Assembly (NCBI GenBank): GCA_037379345.1
Contig: CM074519.1
Span: 4,278,001-4,342,000 of the forward strand
Length of the DNA: 64,000 bases
DNA from: Perna viridis
Taxonomy: Eukaryota
Direction: 5' to 3'
Shown: one piece after another, positions 62,462 through 64,000 of the stretch
Layout: the number at the start of each line of letters is the position of its first letter
Numbering within the stretch: position 1 is the stretch's first letter
The notes under the pieces: model-generated
Database searches by the model: none
Told to the model about the DNA's origin: nothing
The model's input: the letters and a program-made list of their open reading frames with translations, nothing else
Program-made: the position numbers and the translations under genes

Positions 62462-64000
62462 ATGATGCAGATCTTAAATTTCGGCTTTTGTTTCTGTCTA
62501 CCATTCTGCCTAAATGGATTTTTATTGGATGGCGCCAGATTTGGAAACGGAACAGGAACAGCCACAAACAGTCAGTTTCTAACAATGGAAAAATTTCTGG
62601 AGTACGAAAATCATCAACGTCATTTATCGGAACAAACTTGGACTCTGCTCACTTCACAGCTTGATGAAAAATTTAAATATCTTGAAAACAAAATAGCTAC
62701 AGGCAACAATTCATGTAAAGACATGGAAATTAGGCTTAAACATGACGAACTAAAACAGAGGTATAGCGAGCTGGAGAACACAGTTTCCGATTTACAACAG
62801 AAATTATTGCAAACTGGAAAGGAAAATGAAAGATTGAAGTTAGAACTCGCTTCTGTATTTAACAATTCATTACAAAATAGAGACAAGATTCTTAAACTAC
62901 AGGAATCGGACCATTTGCGTGCGAACTTTAATCTCTCAAAAGTAAATGATGATTTAACAACTGTGAAAATGGAAACAATGAACTTACTGCAAAATCAAAT
63001 AGCAAGAAGTAATGACTTTATAGCTCTGCATAATGACACTATCAATATGTCAACACAACTGAAGAACTTGGAGCGCGACAGTAAGTTTAATCATTATTTT
63101 GTGTTATCAAAATTGTTTCTATATAACTTTCTATGATAAAGCAATGTTTGGTTTTCCTCCCGTCAAAAAAATACATTCTGAATTACTTCATGCTTGTTTT
63201 CCCTTTGTTGTTGCATGCTATCGATTCTTTTTTTATATTCCCGCTTGTATTGTTTTCTTCTGCGTAAAAACTTGTTTGTCTACAAGTAAGAATCGTAATG
63301 TCAATTCAGCTAAAACGAAAACACTTTAGAATTAAGTACGAATTTCCATCTAGTCTAGGTATTTTGTCGTTGTCGGAACAATACATGTCATATGAATTTT
63401 AGTCATAGACTAGTTTTCCTTTTGAAACTTTGGTACAATTTTTCCTTTGGTTAAGATTTTGTCTGCGTTATAGAATATCTTTTTTAAGACACAAAATTAT
63501 GTCGGTATAATATTTTTCCCTATATTTTTAGTTTACAATTATCTTAGCTTTGATAATCCTTTAACATGCAAACTCTTAACAGCTACCCTTAAATTTCAGG
63601 GAAGACAAAGTATGCCTTCTCCGCTGGAGTGACGTCTGACAGACAGAACCTACCAGCTAATACGATTATAAAATTTGACGACGTAAAGATAAACGTAGGC
63701 AACTGTTACAACAAAACTGATGGGAAATTCACTGCTCCTGTGGACGGACTCTACTACTTCACGTGGACTACTGTTTCATACCCTAGACGTTACTTCACGT
63801 CGATATTTGTTATTGATAATAGAATCATTGCCACAAATCCAGTTGACAACAGTGGCACAAATGACTTCATGACCGGTACCAGTTCTGTTGTAGTCGAAAT
63901 GACGACTGGAAAAAGAGCTTGGCTTAAAGCTCATAACCACCAAGCCCAATACCTTTATTCATCATGGGAAGGCTCCAAAAACACATGTTCTCTTTTTTCC
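62462..64000 (+). CDS. Secreted coiled-coil C1q-domain-containing protein (C1qDC); exons 62462-63080 and 63600->64000, 3' end just outside the window
   Basis: Hydrophobic signal peptide, heptad coiled coil, phase-1 intron (A|gtaagt...tttcag|GG), then KYAFSAG..IIKFDDVKINVGNCYNKTDGKFTAPVDGLYYFTW..SSVVVEMTTGKRAWL..SLFS. Confidence 0.9.

Overview
AT-rich eukaryotic genomic DNA, most likely from a bivalve mollusc (Mytilidae-like repeat landscape; inference). Positions 340-47422 (+) hold about 45 hand-traced coding exons of a PIKfyve/Fab1 phosphatidylinositol-3-phosphate 5-kinase (FYVE, DEP, CCT/Cpn60-like, CCR and PIPK kinase domains); its start codon lies upstream of the window. Downstream is a fast-evolving immune-type neighbourhood: a convergent, intronless, RING-less B-box/coiled-coil/NHL (TRIM-like) gene plus a pseudogene fragment, and a tandem C1q-domain (C1qDC) array with one intact two-exon gene, one orphan gC1q exon and two pseudo-exons. 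Introns are filled with MITEs, Helentron-associated (HINE-like) elements, SINE-like elements and minisatellites; RTE and Penelope-like fragments lie in the downstream region. Two observations stand out. (1) At least 8 PIKfyve exons are 'echoed' by tandem or degenerate copies in the adjacent intron, several carrying decoy splice sites. (2) A retroposed element has a non-tRNA 5' head that can fold into a pseudoknot plus an internal-loop hairpin, a candidate structured RNA or ribozyme. All exon boundaries were read by eye and need RNA-seq confirmation.
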